Positions 1-10,085 of a stretch of DNA of 64,000 nt are shown one piece after another (positions within the stretch are counted from its first letter, which is position 1; the number at the start of each line of letters is the position of its first letter). A program made the position numbers and the translations under genes. The DNA comes from Flavobacterium sp. (GTDB taxonomy: Bacteria > Bacteroidota > Bacteroidia > Flavobacteriales > Flavobacteriaceae). Below the pieces are notes generated by a model. It was not told where the DNA came from and searched no databases. It saw only the letters and a list, made by a program, of their open reading frames with translations. The stretch is from assembly GCA_041917555.1 (NCBI GenBank), contig JAYRXL010000059.1, positions 132,504 to 196,503 of the forward strand. The letters run 5' to 3'.

Positions 1-347
1 TCTTTAGCCACAGAAAGTGGCACACCTCCAACTTCAAACATAATTCTGCCTGGTTTAACAACAGCAGCCCAATATTCAACTGCTCCTTTACCTTTACCCA
101 TACGTACTTCAAGCGGTTTCTTAGTGATTGGCTTATCCGGGAAAATTTTGATCCATAACTGACCTTCACGTTTCATATAACGGGTAGCAGCGATACGAGC
201 AGCTTCGATTTGGCGTGAAGTTAAAAATGCAGAATCCAAAGATTTAATTCCGAACATTCCGTTGGAAAGAACGCTTCCTCTTTGGGAAACTCCTTTCATT
301 CTACCTTTCTGTACCTTACGGTATTTTGTTCTTTTAGGCTGTAACAT
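1..347 (-). CDS. rplP: 50S ribosomal protein L16 (partial, runs off window start)
   Basis: Read manually: ATG at 347-345 gives [19 protein letters not shown]; follows rpsC in S10 order. Confidence 0.96.
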   Translation of the reverse strand, partial: MLQPKRTKYRKVQKGRMKGVSQRGSVLSNGMFGIKSLDSAFLTSRQIEAARIAATRYMKREGQLWIKIFPDKPITKKPLEVRMGKGKGAVEYWAAVVKPGRIMFEVGGVPLSVAK

Positions 348-367
348 TTTTCTTTAATTTAAAAAAT

Positions 368-1108
368 TTACTTTCTTTTACGGGGATTGGTTTTACCTCC
401 GGGTTTTCCACCTCTTGGCGAATCACCTTTACCACCGGCAGCCTGTTTTTTATCCATACCTACAAGAGGTGATAAATCACGCTTACCATAAACTTCACCT
501 TTCATGATCCACACTTTAATTCCCATTCTACCATAGGTAGTATGTGCTTCACCAAGTGCATAATCAATGTCCGCTCTGAAAGTTGATAGAGGAATACGAC
601 CTTCTTTGAAACTTTCGGAACGTGCCATCTCAGCACCGTTTAAACGGCCTGAAATCATCACTTTTATTCCTTCTGCATTCATACGCATAGCAGCCGCTAT
701 AGCCATTTTAATAGCTCTTCTGTATGAAATACGGCTTTCAATTTGACGGGCAATACTTGTTGCTACTAAATAAGCGTCAAGTTCCGGTCTCTTGATTTCA
801 AAGATGTTAATTTGAACCTCTTTATCGGTAATTTTCTTAAGTTCTTCTTTCAACTTGTCTACCTCCTGGCCGCCTTTCCCAATGATAATACCGGGACGCG
901 CTGTGGTGATAGTAACGGTTACAAGTTTAAGCGTTCTTTCGATAATTACTTTTGACACACTTGCTTTTGATAAACGAGCATGGATATACTTTCTGATTTT
1001 GTAATCTTCGGCGATTTTATCACCATAATCATTACCACCATACCAGTTTGAATCCCATCCTCTGATGATACCAAGGCGATTTCCAATTGGATTTGTCTTT
1101 TGTCCCAT
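368..1108 (-). CDS. rpsC: 30S ribosomal protein S3
   Basis: [23 protein letters not shown]; [12 protein letters not shown]. Confidence 0.98.
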   Translation of the reverse strand: MGQKTNPIGNRLGIIRGWDSNWYGGNDYGDKIAEDYKIRKYIHARLSKASVSKVIIERTLKLVTVTITTARPGIIIGKGGQEVDKLKEELKKITDKEVQINIFEIKRPELDAYLVATSIARQIESRISYRRAIKMAIAAAMRMNAEGIKVMISGRLNGAEMARSESFKEGRIPLSTFRADIDYALGEAHTTYGRMGIKVWIMKGEVYGKRDLSPLVGMDKKQAAGGKGDSPRGGKPGGKTNPRKRK

Positions 1109-1116
1109 ACTGTTTA

Positions 1117-1527
1117 TTAATTACTTTGTGTGTTATCTAATTGTCCTAATACGATAGTTACGTGGTTAGAACGTTTTCTAATTCTGTGAGCACGACCCTG
1201 TGGTGCTGGACGAAGTCTTTTCAACATCATACCGCCATCCACGCGAATCTCTTTAACAAACAAGCCAGCTTCTGAAACATTTCCTTCTGCATTTTTCTGT
1301 TCCCAGTTATTGATTGCAGATAACAAAAGTTTTTCAAGTTTTCTTGAAGCTTCTTTAGTACTAAATCGTAATATATTTAGTGCTTTTTCAACCTTCTGAC
1401 CTCTTACCAAGTCTGCTACTAAGCGCATTTTTCTAGGTGAAGTAGGGCAGTTATTCAATTTTGCAAAAGCCAGAGACTTATTAGCCTCTTTTCTTGCGTC
1501 TGCAGTTTCTCTTTTACGAACTCCCAT
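1117..1527 (-). CDS. rplV: 50S ribosomal protein L22
   Basis: [14 protein letters not shown]; [17 protein letters not shown]. Confidence 0.98.
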   Translation of the reverse strand: MGVRKRETADARKEANKSLAFAKLNNCPTSPRKMRLVADLVRGQKVEKALNILRFSTKEASRKLEKLLLSAINNWEQKNAEGNVSEAGLFVKEIRVDGGMMLKRLRPAPQGRAHRIRKRSNHVTIVLGQLDNTQSN

Positions 1528-1533
1528 GTCTTC

Positions 1534-1812
1534 TTATTTTTTACCTTTATTTTTAGCTCCAGCATGACCTCGGAAAGATCTTGTTGGTGAAAATTCTCCT
1601 AATTTATGACCTACCATGTTCTCGGTAATGTAAACCGGAACAAATTGACGACCATTGTGTACAGCTATTGTTTGACCAACGAAATCCGGAGTAATCATAG
1701 AAGCTCTAGACCAGGTTTTAACAACCCCTTTATTGCCTCCTGCGATATTTTCCTGAACTTTTTTGTCCAATTTGTAATGTACAAAAGGTCCTTTTTTTAA
1801 TGAACGTGCCAT
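1534..1812 (-). CDS. rpsS: 30S ribosomal protein S19
   Basis: [11 protein letters not shown]; [11 protein letters not shown]. Confidence 0.98.
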   Translation of the reverse strand: MARSLKKGPFVHYKLDKKVQENIAGGNKGVVKTWSRASMITPDFVGQTIAVHNGRQFVPVYITENMVGHKLGEFSPTRSFRGHAGAKNKGKK

Positions 1813-1822
1813 GTGTTACTTA

Positions 1823-2647
1823 TTATTTCTTTCTGCGTTCAACAATATACTTATTACTCGGATTTACCTTAGAGCGGGTTCTGTATCCTTTAGCCGGAAG
1901 ACCTTTTCTAGAACGTGGGTGACCTCCTGATGAACGTCCTTCACCACCACCCATTGGGTGATCTACAGGGTTCATAGCAACCGGTCTTGTTCGTGGTCTT
2001 CTGCCTAACCATCTTGACCTACCGGCTTTACCGGAAACGATTAACTGATGGTCAGAGTTAGATACAGCACCAATGGTAGCTGTACAGGTTAATAAAATCA
2101 AACGGGTTTCACCGGATGGCATTTTGATTGTCGCATATTTACCGTCTCTTGCCATTAATTGAGCAAAAGTACCGGCGCTACGAGCAATAACAGCACCCTG
2201 ACCCGGACGAAGTTCAATACAAGAAATTACAGTTCCCAGAGGAATTTTACTCAATGGTAAAGTATTTCCGATTTCTGGAGCTGCATTTTCTCCGGACATT
2301 ACAGTTTGTCCAACCTGCAATCCGTTTTGAGCAATTACATACGTTTTTTCACCATCCGCATAAGCCAATAAAGCAATAAAGGCCGTTCTGTTTGGATCGT
2401 ATTCGATTGATTTAACTGAAGCCGGAATTCCGTCTTTAGTTCTTTTGAAATCAATCATACGATAACGTTGTTTGTGACCACCGCCTGTGTAACGCATGGT
2501 CATTTTTCCTTGACTATTTCTACCTCCTGAAGCTTTTTTCGGTGCCAATAAAGAGCGCTCCGGCTTATCAGTTGTAATGGCGTCAAAACCATTCACAACT
2601 CTAAAACGCTGCCCCGGGGTAATAGGTTTTAATTTTCTAACTGACAT
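1823..2647 (-). CDS. rplB: 50S ribosomal protein L2
   Basis: [13 protein letters not shown]; [14 protein letters not shown]. Confidence 0.98.
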   Translation of the reverse strand: MSVRKLKPITPGQRFRVVNGFDAITTDKPERSLLAPKKASGGRNSQGKMTMRYTGGGHKQRYRMIDFKRTKDGIPASVKSIEYDPNRTAFIALLAYADGEKTYVIAQNGLQVGQTVMSGENAAPEIGNTLPLSKIPLGTVISCIELRPGQGAVIARSAGTFAQLMARDGKYATIKMPSGETRLILLTCTATIGAVSNSDHQLIVSGKAGRSRWLGRRPRTRPVAMNPVDHPMGGGEGRSSGGHPRSRKGLPAKGYRTRSKVNPSNKYIVERRKK

Positions 2648-2653
2648 TGTTTA

Positions 2654-2944
2654 TTAGATATTGTTATAAAAATCAATTGTTTCACCTTCCTGTATTTGAA
2701 CTACAGCTTTTTTGTAGGCGGTGGTTTTTCCACTTATCAAACCGCTTTTGGTATATTTAACGGTTCTGTCAGGTCTCACGTTCATGGTGTTAACGCTAAC
2801 TACATTCACTCCATAAGTAGCTTCTACTGCATTCTTAATTTGAATTTTGTTTGCCTTTTTATCTACCACAAAACCAAAACGATTGAAAACTTCACCATCC
2901 TTGGTGATTTTTTCCGTAATTATAGGTTTAATCAATACACTCAT
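2654..2944 (-). CDS. rplW: 50S ribosomal protein L23
   Basis: KPIITEK; ANKIQIKNAVE; YKKAVV; operon position. Confidence 0.97.
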   Translation of the reverse strand: MSVLIKPIITEKITKDGEVFNRFGFVVDKKANKIQIKNAVEATYGVNVVSVNTMNVRPDRTVKYTKSGLISGKTTAYKKAVVQIQEGETIDFYNNI

Positions 2945-2951
2945 GACCTGA

Positions 2952-3581
2952 TTATTTACTTAAATTTTCAACAATTCCCTCTACAGACCCTTCTGTAAGC
3001 ACTAAATTATTTGCATTTAAAATTGCATAAGTACTTAATTCTGAAGAAGTTACAACTGAAGACGCCTTCAAATTGCGTGACGACAAATATACATTTTTAT
3101 TTGTATCACCCAACACCATTAATGATTTTTTGTTTTCAATGCCAAGGGCTTTCAAAACAGAAATGTATTTTTTAGTGTTTGGCGTATCAAAACTGAAATC
3201 TTCAACCACAATCAAATTTGAATCTTTAACTTTTAAAGAAAGAGCAGATTTACGCGCTAATCTTTTAAGTGTTTTGTTCAATTTGAAAGAGTAGTTTCTT
3301 GGTCTTGGACCGAAAATTGTACCACCACCTTTGAAAACAGGGCTTTTAACACTACCTGCACGGGCCGTACCGGTTCCTTTTTGTTTTTTCACTTTGCGTG
3401 TACTTCCGGTAACTTCATTACGCTCTTTTGCTTTATGAGTTCCTTGTCTTTGATTAGCAAGATATTGCTTAACATCAAGATATACCGCATGGTTGTTTGG
3501 CTCTATACCAAAAACTGAATCCGAAAGAGTTACTTTTCTCCCGGTTTCTTTTCCGTTGATATCTAAAACTTTTACTTCCAT
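2952..3581 (-). CDS. rplD: 50S ribosomal protein L4
   Basis: RQGTHKAKERNEV; QKGTGTARAGS; FGPRPR. Confidence 0.98.
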   Translation of the reverse strand: MEVKVLDINGKETGRKVTLSDSVFGIEPNNHAVYLDVKQYLANQRQGTHKAKERNEVTGSTRKVKKQKGTGTARAGSVKSPVFKGGGTIFGPRPRNYSFKLNKTLKRLARKSALSLKVKDSNLIVVEDFSFDTPNTKKYISVLKALGIENKKSLMVLGDTNKNVYLSSRNLKASSVVTSSELSTYAILNANNLVLTEGSVEGIVENLSK

Positions 3582-4198
3582 TACTTCATAATGATTACAT
3601 ACGAGTTTTTATGTCCCGGAACAGCGCCCTTAACCACAAGAAGATTCTTGTCGGCAACAACTTTTAAAACTCTTAAATTTTGTACTTTCACATTAACACC
3701 ACCCATTCTTCCTGCCATGCGCATTCCTTTGAATACACGTGAAGGATAAGAAGATGCTCCTACTGATCCCGGTGCTCTTAAACGGTTGTGCTGACCATGT
3801 GTTGATTGACCAACCCCACCAAAACCGTGACGTTTAACAACCCCTTGGAAACCTTTCCCTTTAGAAACTCCTTGCACATCAACAAACTCACCTTCGTTGA
3901 ATAGTTCCACGGTGATATTATCACCTAATTTGTAATCGTTATCAAAACCTTGGAATTCAACGACTTTTTTCTTTGCAGAAGTTCCTGCTTTTTTAAAGTG
4001 ACCTGTAGCCGCTTTAGTAGCATGTTTTTCTGATTTGTCATCGAAACCAAGTTGTAACGCTTCATACCCGTCAACCTCGTTGGTTCTGACTTGGGTAACG
4101 ACACATGGTCCTGCTTCTATAACGGTACACGGAATGTTTTTTCCGTTTTCGTCAAAGATGCTGGTCATGCCGATTTTTCTTCCAATTAACCCAGACAT
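3581..4198 (-). CDS. rplC: 50S ribosomal protein L3
   Basis: GRKIGMT; [15 protein letters not shown]; RMAGRMG. Confidence 0.98.
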   Translation of the reverse strand: MSGLIGRKIGMTSIFDENGKNIPCTVIEAGPCVVTQVRTNEVDGYEALQLGFDDKSEKHATKAATGHFKKAGTSAKKKVVEFQGFDNDYKLGDNITVELFNEGEFVDVQGVSKGKGFQGVVKRHGFGGVGQSTHGQHNRLRAPGSVGASSYPSRVFKGMRMAGRMGGVNVKVQNLRVLKVVADKNLLVVKGAVPGHKNSYVIIMK

Positions 4199-4259
4199 AT
4201 TAAACTTGTTTTTAAAATTATTACTTCTGAAGCAGACACACTACTCCAGTTTGAGCGTG

Positions 4260-4290
4260 CAAAAGTAAGATATTTTTTGTATCCTGCAAA
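4260..4290 (-). promoter_or_regulatory. Bacteroidota primary-sigma promoter for rplC
   Basis: TACTTTTG (4267-4260) with TTTG (4290-4287) 19 bp upstream; matches the -7 TAnnTTTG / -33 TTTG consensus. Confidence 0.75.
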
Positions 4291-4419
4291 TAATTGATTA
4301 TCCTTTTTTTAAGATTTTTTTAAACCTGTAAACTACCTGTAATTCAGATTGCTGCATTTGGTCGTTTAAGAGTAAAAAAAACCGATTAAAAACACGGCTT
4401 AGGGTAGATTTATGAGGAC

Positions 4420-4515
4420 GCGCAAGGACGGAGGGAATTGTTGAAGCTCTCCCGATACAATCGGGAAGCGACTGCCCGCAGGCCGACCCGAAGTTATAAA
4501 CAAGGGATGCGCACC
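4420..4515 (+). repeat. Interspersed structured repeat (scaffold family, CTCCCGA-TCGGGA variant)
   Basis: agctctcccga-tacaa-tcgggaagcg...ccgacccg...gggatgcgc resembles the reverse complement of 63056-63143. Confidence 0.7.
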
Positions 4516-4517
4516 AA

Positions 4518-4546
4518 TAAAAAAACCCGACGTTAACATCGGGTTT
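4518..4546 (-). terminator. Intrinsic terminator after rpsJ
   Basis: aaacccga...tcgggttt stem followed by a U-tract on the minus strand. Confidence 0.75.
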
Positions 4547-4569
4547 ATTATATAAGTTGTCAGAACAAC

Positions 4570-4875
4570 TCACACTTTAATTTCTACTTCTACACCACTT
4601 GGCAATTCAAGTTTCATTAAAGCATCGATTGTTTTTGAAGAAGAACTGTAGATATCTAACAATCTTTTATAAGAACTTACTTCAAACTGTTCTCTTGCTT
4701 TTTTGTTTACGTGTGGAGAACGTAGTACAGTGAATATTTTTTTGTGCGTAGGTAACGGAATCGGACCTGTTACAACAGCACCTGTGCTTTTCACAGTTTT
4801 TACGATTTTCTCAGCTGATTTATCAACCAGCATATGATCGTATGATTTTAGTTTTATTCTGATTTTTTGACTCAT
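4570..4875 (-). CDS. rpsJ: 30S ribosomal protein S10
   Basis: [11 protein letters not shown]; GPIPLPT; [13 protein letters not shown]. Confidence 0.98.
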   Translation of the reverse strand: MSQKIRIKLKSYDHMLVDKSAEKIVKTVKSTGAVVTGPIPLPTHKKIFTVLRSPHVNKKAREQFEVSSYKRLLDIYSSSSKTIDALMKLELPSGVEVEIKV

Positions 4876-4886
4876 CTTGTTACAAT

Positions 4887-7043
4887 TTAAGCGTTACCTT
4901 TTGCTTTTTTAATTACCTCTTCAGAAATATTTGAAGGTGTCTGCTCGTAGTGAGAGAACTCCATAGTAGAAGTAGCACGTCCTGATGACAATGTACGTAA
5001 TGTAGTTACATAACCAAACATTTCAGAAAGCGGCACATGTGCTTTAATCACTTTAGAACCGGCTCTGTCGCCCATGTCATTAACCTGACCTCTACGACGG
5101 TTAAGGTCACCTACGATATCCCCCATGTTTTCCTCAGGAGTAATTACTTCGATTTTCATGATTGGTTCCAAGATTACGGCACCGGCAGCTTTAGCTACTT
5201 CTTTGTACCCTAATTTGGCCGCCAATTCGAATGAAAGTGCATCGGAGTCAACCGGGTGGTATGAACCGTCTAAAAGAGTTACTTTTAAACTATCTACCTG
5301 ATACCCTGCTAAAGGACCTTGTTTCATCGCTTCACGGAAACCTTTCTCAACAGCCGGGATGTATTCTTTAGGTACGTTACCACCTTTTACTTCGTTTACA
5401 AATTGTAATCCGATTGGTGTTTTACCGTCAACTTCATCAGCAGGCTCTAAACGGAATACAATGTCCCCGAATTTACCACGACCACCGGATTGTTTTTTGT
5501 ACACTTCGCGGTGTTGTGCTGATTTAGTGAACGCCTCTTTGTATTCTACCTGAGGTTCTCCTTGGTTAACTTCCACTTTAAACTCGCGTCTTAAACGGTC
5601 TACAAGGATATCCAAGTGCAACTCACCCATACCTGAGATAATAGTTTGCCCTGAAGCCTCATCAGTACGCACGGTAAACGTTGGATCTTCTTCAGCTAAT
5701 TTTGCTAAAGCCATACCCATTTTATCTACGTCTGCTTTTGTTTTAGGTTCAACAGCGATACCAATTACCGGATCAGGGAATTTCATAGATTCCAACACAA
5801 TTGGATTCTTTTCATCACACATAGTATCTCCGGTTTTAATATCTTTAAAACCAACAGCAGCTCCAATATCTCCAGCCTCAATATATTCGATTGGATTTTG
5901 TTTATTGGCGTGCATTTGATAGATACGCGAAATACGTTCTTTCTGCCCAGAGCGTGTGTTCAAAATATAAGAACCCGCATCTAAACGACCGGAATAAGCT
6001 CTGAAGAATGCCAAACGACCTACATACGGGTCGGTTGCAATTTTGAATGCCAAAGCTGCAAACGGTTCTTTTACATCCGGCTTACGCACCAACTTACGTT
6101 GTTCTTCTTCCGGCATATCTAAATCGTCAGGATGTGTTCCAACAATACCTTCTTTATCTACAGGAGAAGGAAGGTATTTACAAACGGCATCCAACATGAA
6201 TTGAACTCCTTTATTTTTGAAAGATGAACCACACATCATTGGGATGATAGCCATATCCATGGTAGCGGCGCGTAACGCTGCGTTGATTTCATCCTCAGTA
6301 ATAGAGTTTTCGTCTTCCATGAATTTTTCCAAAAGGTTTTCATCATAGGTAGCGATTTCTTCGATAAGTTGCGCACGGTATTGTTTTACTTCGTCTGTCA
6401 TATCCGCAGGGATATCAACCACGTCGAAAGTAGCACCTTGTGTTTCATCATGCCATACAATAGCCTGATTTTTGATCAAGTCAACCACACCTTTAAAATC
6501 GGCTTCATCACCGATAGGTAATACAATTGGCACCGCATTGGATTTCAACATATCTTTCACTTGCTGACAAACAGCAAGGAAGTTAGAACCTTGACGGTCC
6601 ATTTTGTTTACGAATCCCATACGAGGCACTTTGTATTGATCTGCTAATCTCCAGTTTGTTTCAGACTGAGGCTCAACACCATCAACTGCGGAGAAAAGGA
6701 ATACCAATCCGTCCAATACACGAAGAGAACGGTTTACCTCAACGGTAAAGTCAACGTGACCCGGGGTATCAATAATGTTAAAGTGGTAAGGTTTTGAATC
6801 AGCTATGTTTTTCCCTTGTTCAGTTGGGAAATTCCATGTACAGGTTGTAGCCGCTGAAGTAATGGTAATACCACGCTCCTGCTCTTGCGCCATCCAGTCC
6901 ATAGTAGCAGCACCATCGTGAACCTCACCAATTTTGTGTGATTTACCGGTGTAGAATAATATACGCTCAGTTGTTGTCGTTTTACCGGCATCAATGTGAG
7001 CAGCAATACCTATATTTCTTGTAAATTTTAAATCTCTTGCCAT
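4887..7043 (-). CDS. fusA: Elongation factor G
   Basis: [24 protein letters not shown]; 718 aa; follows rpsG. Confidence 0.98.
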   Translation of the reverse strand: MARDLKFTRNIGIAAHIDAGKTTTTERILFYTGKSHKIGEVHDGAATMDWMAQEQERGITITSAATTCTWNFPTEQGKNIADSKPYHFNIIDTPGHVDFTVEVNRSLRVLDGLVFLFSAVDGVEPQSETNWRLADQYKVPRMGFVNKMDRQGSNFLAVCQQVKDMLKSNAVPIVLPIGDEADFKGVVDLIKNQAIVWHDETQGATFDVVDIPADMTDEVKQYRAQLIEEIATYDENLLEKFMEDENSITEDEINAALRAATMDMAIIPMMCGSSFKNKGVQFMLDAVCKYLPSPVDKEGIVGTHPDDLDMPEEEQRKLVRKPDVKEPFAALAFKIATDPYVGRLAFFRAYSGRLDAGSYILNTRSGQKERISRIYQMHANKQNPIEYIEAGDIGAAVGFKDIKTGDTMCDEKNPIVLESMKFPDPVIGIAVEPKTKADVDKMGMALAKLAEEDPTFTVRTDEASGQTIISGMGELHLDILVDRLRREFKVEVNQGEPQVEYKEAFTKSAQHREVYKKQSGGRGKFGDIVFRLEPADEVDGKTPIGLQFVNEVKGGNVPKEYIPAVEKGFREAMKQGPLAGYQVDSLKVTLLDGSYHPVDSDALSFELAAKLGYKEVAKAAGAVILEPIMKIEVITPEENMGDIVGDLNRRRGQVNDMGDRAGSKVIKAHVPLSEMFGYVTTLRTLSSGRATSTMEFSHYEQTPSNISEEVIKKAKGNA

Positions 7044-7054
7044 TTCTTTATGAA

Positions 7055-7531
7055 TTAAAATCTGAAGTGAGAGAATGCTTTGTTTGCATCTGCCATTTTG
7101 TGGGTATCCATACGTTTTTTAACAGCTGCACCTTCTTCTTTAGCAGCTGCCAAAATTTCTGAAGCCAATTTGGCGGACATTGATTTTTCGTTTCTTCTTC
7201 TCGCATACAAAATCAACCACTTCATAGCCATGGAGATTTTACGATCCGGACGGATCTGCATCGGAATTTGGAAAGTAGCACCACCTACACGACGGCTTCT
7301 TACTTCCACGTGAGGCATTACGTTAGTTAAGGCATCTTTCCATACTTCAAGTGCTGATTTTTCAGCGTCTTGTTTTTTAGTTTCAACAATATCTAAAGCA
7401 TCATAGAATACTTTAAAAGCAGTTGATTTTTTACCATCCCACATCAAGTTGTTTACGAAACGTGTAACCAATTGATCGTTAAATTTAGGATCCGGTAAAA
7501 GAGGTCTTTTTTTGGCCTGTCTTTTTCTCAT
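7055..7531 (-). CDS. rpsG: 30S ribosomal protein S7
   Basis: [15 protein letters not shown]; [10 protein letters not shown]. Confidence 0.98.
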   Translation of the reverse strand: MRKRQAKKRPLLPDPKFNDQLVTRFVNNLMWDGKKSTAFKVFYDALDIVETKKQDAEKSALEVWKDALTNVMPHVEVRSRRVGGATFQIPMQIRPDRKISMAMKWLILYARRRNEKSMSAKLASEILAAAKEEGAAVKKRMDTHKMADANKAFSHFRF

Positions 7532-7596
7532 GTCTTAAATTTTTAGTCAAAGTCCAAAGTCGAAAAGTTACATTTTGGCTCTTGACTGATTAAAAA

Positions 7597-7977
7597 TTAC
7601 TTTTTGTCTTTAGGTCTTTTTGCTCCGTATTTCGATCTTCTTTGTAAACGGCCGTTAACACCGGCAGTATCCAAAGCACCACGTACGATGTGGTAACGAA
7701 CACCTGGCAAATCTTTAACCCTTCCACCTCTTACTAATACTATCGAGTGCTCTTGTAGATTGTGTCCTTCTCCGGGGATGTAGGCATTTACCTCGTTACC
7801 GTTTGTTAAACGAACCCTTGCCACTTTACGCATGGCAGAGTTTGGTTTTTTCGGTGTAGTGGTGTAAACACGCGTACAAACTCCTCTTCGTTGAGGACAG
7901 GAATCTAAAGCAGCCGATTTACTCTTCTTAGTAACTTTGGCTCTTCCTGTTCTTACTAGTTGTTGAATTGTTGGCAT
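7597..7977 (-). CDS. rpsL: 30S ribosomal protein S12
   Basis: [17 protein letters not shown]; [11 protein letters not shown]. Confidence 0.98.
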   Translation of the reverse strand: MPTIQQLVRTGRAKVTKKSKSAALDSCPQRRGVCTRVYTTTPKKPNSAMRKVARVRLTNGNEVNAYIPGEGHNLQEHSIVLVRGGRVKDLPGVRYHIVRGALDTAGVNGRLQRRSKYGAKRPKDKK

Positions 7978-8030
7978 AATTAAAAATTAAATTTCCTATA
8001 TTTTGCTAAAACCCGCTTTTTACGGGGTTG

Positions 8031-8038
8031 CAAATGTA
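8031..8038 (-). promoter_or_regulatory. -7 element of the rpsL operon promoter
   Basis: TACATTTG about 54 bp upstream of the rpsL start. Confidence 0.65.
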
Positions 8039-8178
8039 GAAATTATTTTTGGAAAAAAAAATGCTGATAAATTATTTTTTTGGTTAACTAATATATTGTG
8101 TTTTAGGACAGTAAATTTATCGTGTAGGTTGTGTGTTCCTTTCTGCAAAACAACCCATTGCTCAAACAACAAAAAGGC

Positions 8179-8186
8179 TATCTTTG
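8179..8186 (+). promoter_or_regulatory. -7 element upstream of the repeat and OMP gene
   Basis: TATCTTTG with TTG about 20 bp upstream. Confidence 0.6.
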
Positions 8187-8196
8187 CTTAGACAGG

Positions 8197-8299
8197 TTGC
8201 GCAAGGGATAGCAGCAAACTACCCTGCCTGCTGGTGCAGGCAGGTAGTGCGTATAGCCCGACCCGAGCCACCAACGGCTGGCGAGGGATGCGCCCAAAA
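8197..8299 (+). repeat. Interspersed structured repeat (possibly Flavo-1-like) with a CCTGCC-GGCAGG mini-hairpin insert
   Basis: tgcgcaagggatagcag...ctacc[...]gtag...agcccgaccc...gcgcccaaaa shared with 45391-45462 and 63167-63260. Confidence 0.7.
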
Positions 8300-8347
8300 C
8301 ATACTATTTACAAAAGTGGAGCGTTACTGTAATGATTTGAATTTGGT

Positions 8348-9991
8348 TTGAAAAACTTTTTTTACATACTATTTATAATTACCATTCCGTTGCATGCTCA
8401 AAAAATCCAACTTACCGTGAGTGGTTCGACGGAACAGGAGACACGCGTTTTGGACTCGGTTGGTTATGCTAAGGAAGTGAACCATGAAAATGAAGCAGCG
8501 ACCGAGGTAAAAAAACTTTCCGAAAAATTGGAGCGTTTGGGTTATCTTGATTTACAATACAGTTTGCAATCGGCGCCACCCGCAACTTTAGCTTATCAAT
8601 TTCGACTCGGAATTCCGGTACGTTTAGTACACCTATATATAGGTAAACAAGAAAGAGAATGGATTGGCACATCAGAAGACACCTTACTACTTCCATTTAT
8701 TGCCCTTGAAGACCAATTGAAAGGCTTTTCCAAAAAATTGGAGAATCAAGGTTATCCCTTAGCATCGGTGACCCTGCAAGATATTAGTCACCAAGGAAGT
8801 ATTTTAAAAGCGCGGCTTAGCGTAATACGCAATGAAAAAAGAACAGTTAACGAGGTTATTATTGAGGGTTATCCTAAATTTCCGGTTGGTTTTCGCAAGA
8901 ACATAAACCGCAACTATGTCGACAAACCATTTAGCCGGGAAACCATTTCCAAAATAGAGGCTGATTTTAGGAACCTTCGGTTTGTAAAGCAAGTAAAAGC
9001 GCCCGAGGTATTGTTTATGAAAGACAGCACTAAGGCTTATGTTTTTGTGGAAAAAAGCAAGTGCAATACCTTTGATGGCTTTTTAGGATTTGGCAACAGC
9101 GAAACAGGTGCCACTCGACTTGCCGGTTATTTGGACTTACAGTTGACCAACATTTTGAACTCCGGGGAACAAATTGCCGTTAAATGGCGCAGTGACGGGA
9201 AAGATCAGAAAACATTTCAATTGGAAACCGAATTTCCGTATATCCTAAAAACGCCAATTGCCCTACAATTACAGTTACATATTTTCCGACAGGATTCCAC
9301 TTTTCAAAATTCAAAATCGCAGATTGGGCTTGGTTATTATTTTAGGAACAACTCGAAACTGTTTTTAAATTACCGGATGACCGAATCGAGTGATATTCAA
9401 AACCGCAATTCGGCTCTATTAAGCGATTACGAGAGCACTTTTTTTACGGCCAGCTACACCTTTTCGAAAGTGGGAGAAGATTATCCGTTTGAACCTGTTT
9501 TAGACCTACAAACACAGTTTGGATCCGGAAGCAGGAAAGATAAGATTACCGACAACAATCAGCTATTAGGAAGGATTGAGGCCCGAACAATACTAAAACT
9601 CAATTCGAAGAACCACTTATTTATAGCCAATCAGAGTGCTATTTTAGTGAGCGACCGCTATTTGACCAATGAGCTATTCCGTTTTGGCGGAATACAATCG
9701 ATTCGAGGGTTTGCCGAAAACAGTCTTCAAGCCGACAAGATGACCCTCTTTATGACTGAGTACAGGTATAAAATTTCGCCGGGAATTTACATACATACAC
9801 TAACCGATTTTGGCTTTTACAGCGACAAAACCACAGAAATGAGTCGGAAACCATTCGGTTTTGGTATCGGAACAGGCATTCGAACCCAAAATGGCTTATT
9901 GAAGATTATTTATGCTAACAGCACTGATAACAAACAGGTTATCCAGCTTCGGAATTCCATTATTCACATCAATTTCAAAACTTTTTTCTGA
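8348..9991 (+). CDS. BamA/TamA (Omp85)-like outer membrane protein
   Basis: Signal peptide, POTRA-like region, FRFGGIQSIRGF loop motif, C-terminal Phe. Confidence 0.75.
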   Translation: MKNFFYILFIITIPLHAQKIQLTVSGSTEQETRVLDSVGYAKEVNHENEAATEVKKLSEKLERLGYLDLQYSLQSAPPATLAYQFRLGIPVRLVHLYIGKQEREWIGTSEDTLLLPFIALEDQLKGFSKKLENQGYPLASVTLQDISHQGSILKARLSVIRNEKRTVNEVIIEGYPKFPVGFRKNINRNYVDKPFSRETISKIEADFRNLRFVKQVKAPEVLFMKDSTKAYVFVEKSKCNTFDGFLGFGNSETGATRLAGYLDLQLTNILNSGEQIAVKWRSDGKDQKTFQLETEFPYILKTPIALQLQLHIFRQDSTFQNSKSQIGLGYYFRNNSKLFLNYRMTESSDIQNRNSALLSDYESTFFTASYTFSKVGEDYPFEPVLDLQTQFGSGSRKDKITDNNQLLGRIEARTILKLNSKNHLFIANQSAILVSDRYLTNELFRFGGIQSIRGFAENSLQADKMTLFMTEYRYKISPGIYIHTLTDFGFYSDKTTEMSRKPFGFGIGTGIRTQNGLLKIIYANSTDNKQVIQLRNSIIHINFKTFF

Positions 9992-10085
9992 TTTATTTAC
10001 GTTTCCGTAACTTTTTTTTAACTTTTCTTTGAGTTTTTAAGTTTTTTTTATGAATTTTGGACTAACTAATTCAAACCAATTTATA

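Noticed and set aside
4876-4886. Loss of tuf between fusA and rpsJ
   Set aside because: This is the usual Bacteroidota arrangement, with tuf elsewhere; no remnant is visible.
1606-7313. Short plus-strand ORFs within the ribosomal cluster, and similar shadow ORFs across the window
   Set aside because: They are antisense or alternate-frame by-products of conserved genes and have no motifs.
7597-7977. Streptomycin-resistance allele of rpsL
   Set aside because: Both key lysines (TPKKPNS, RVKDLPG) are wild type.
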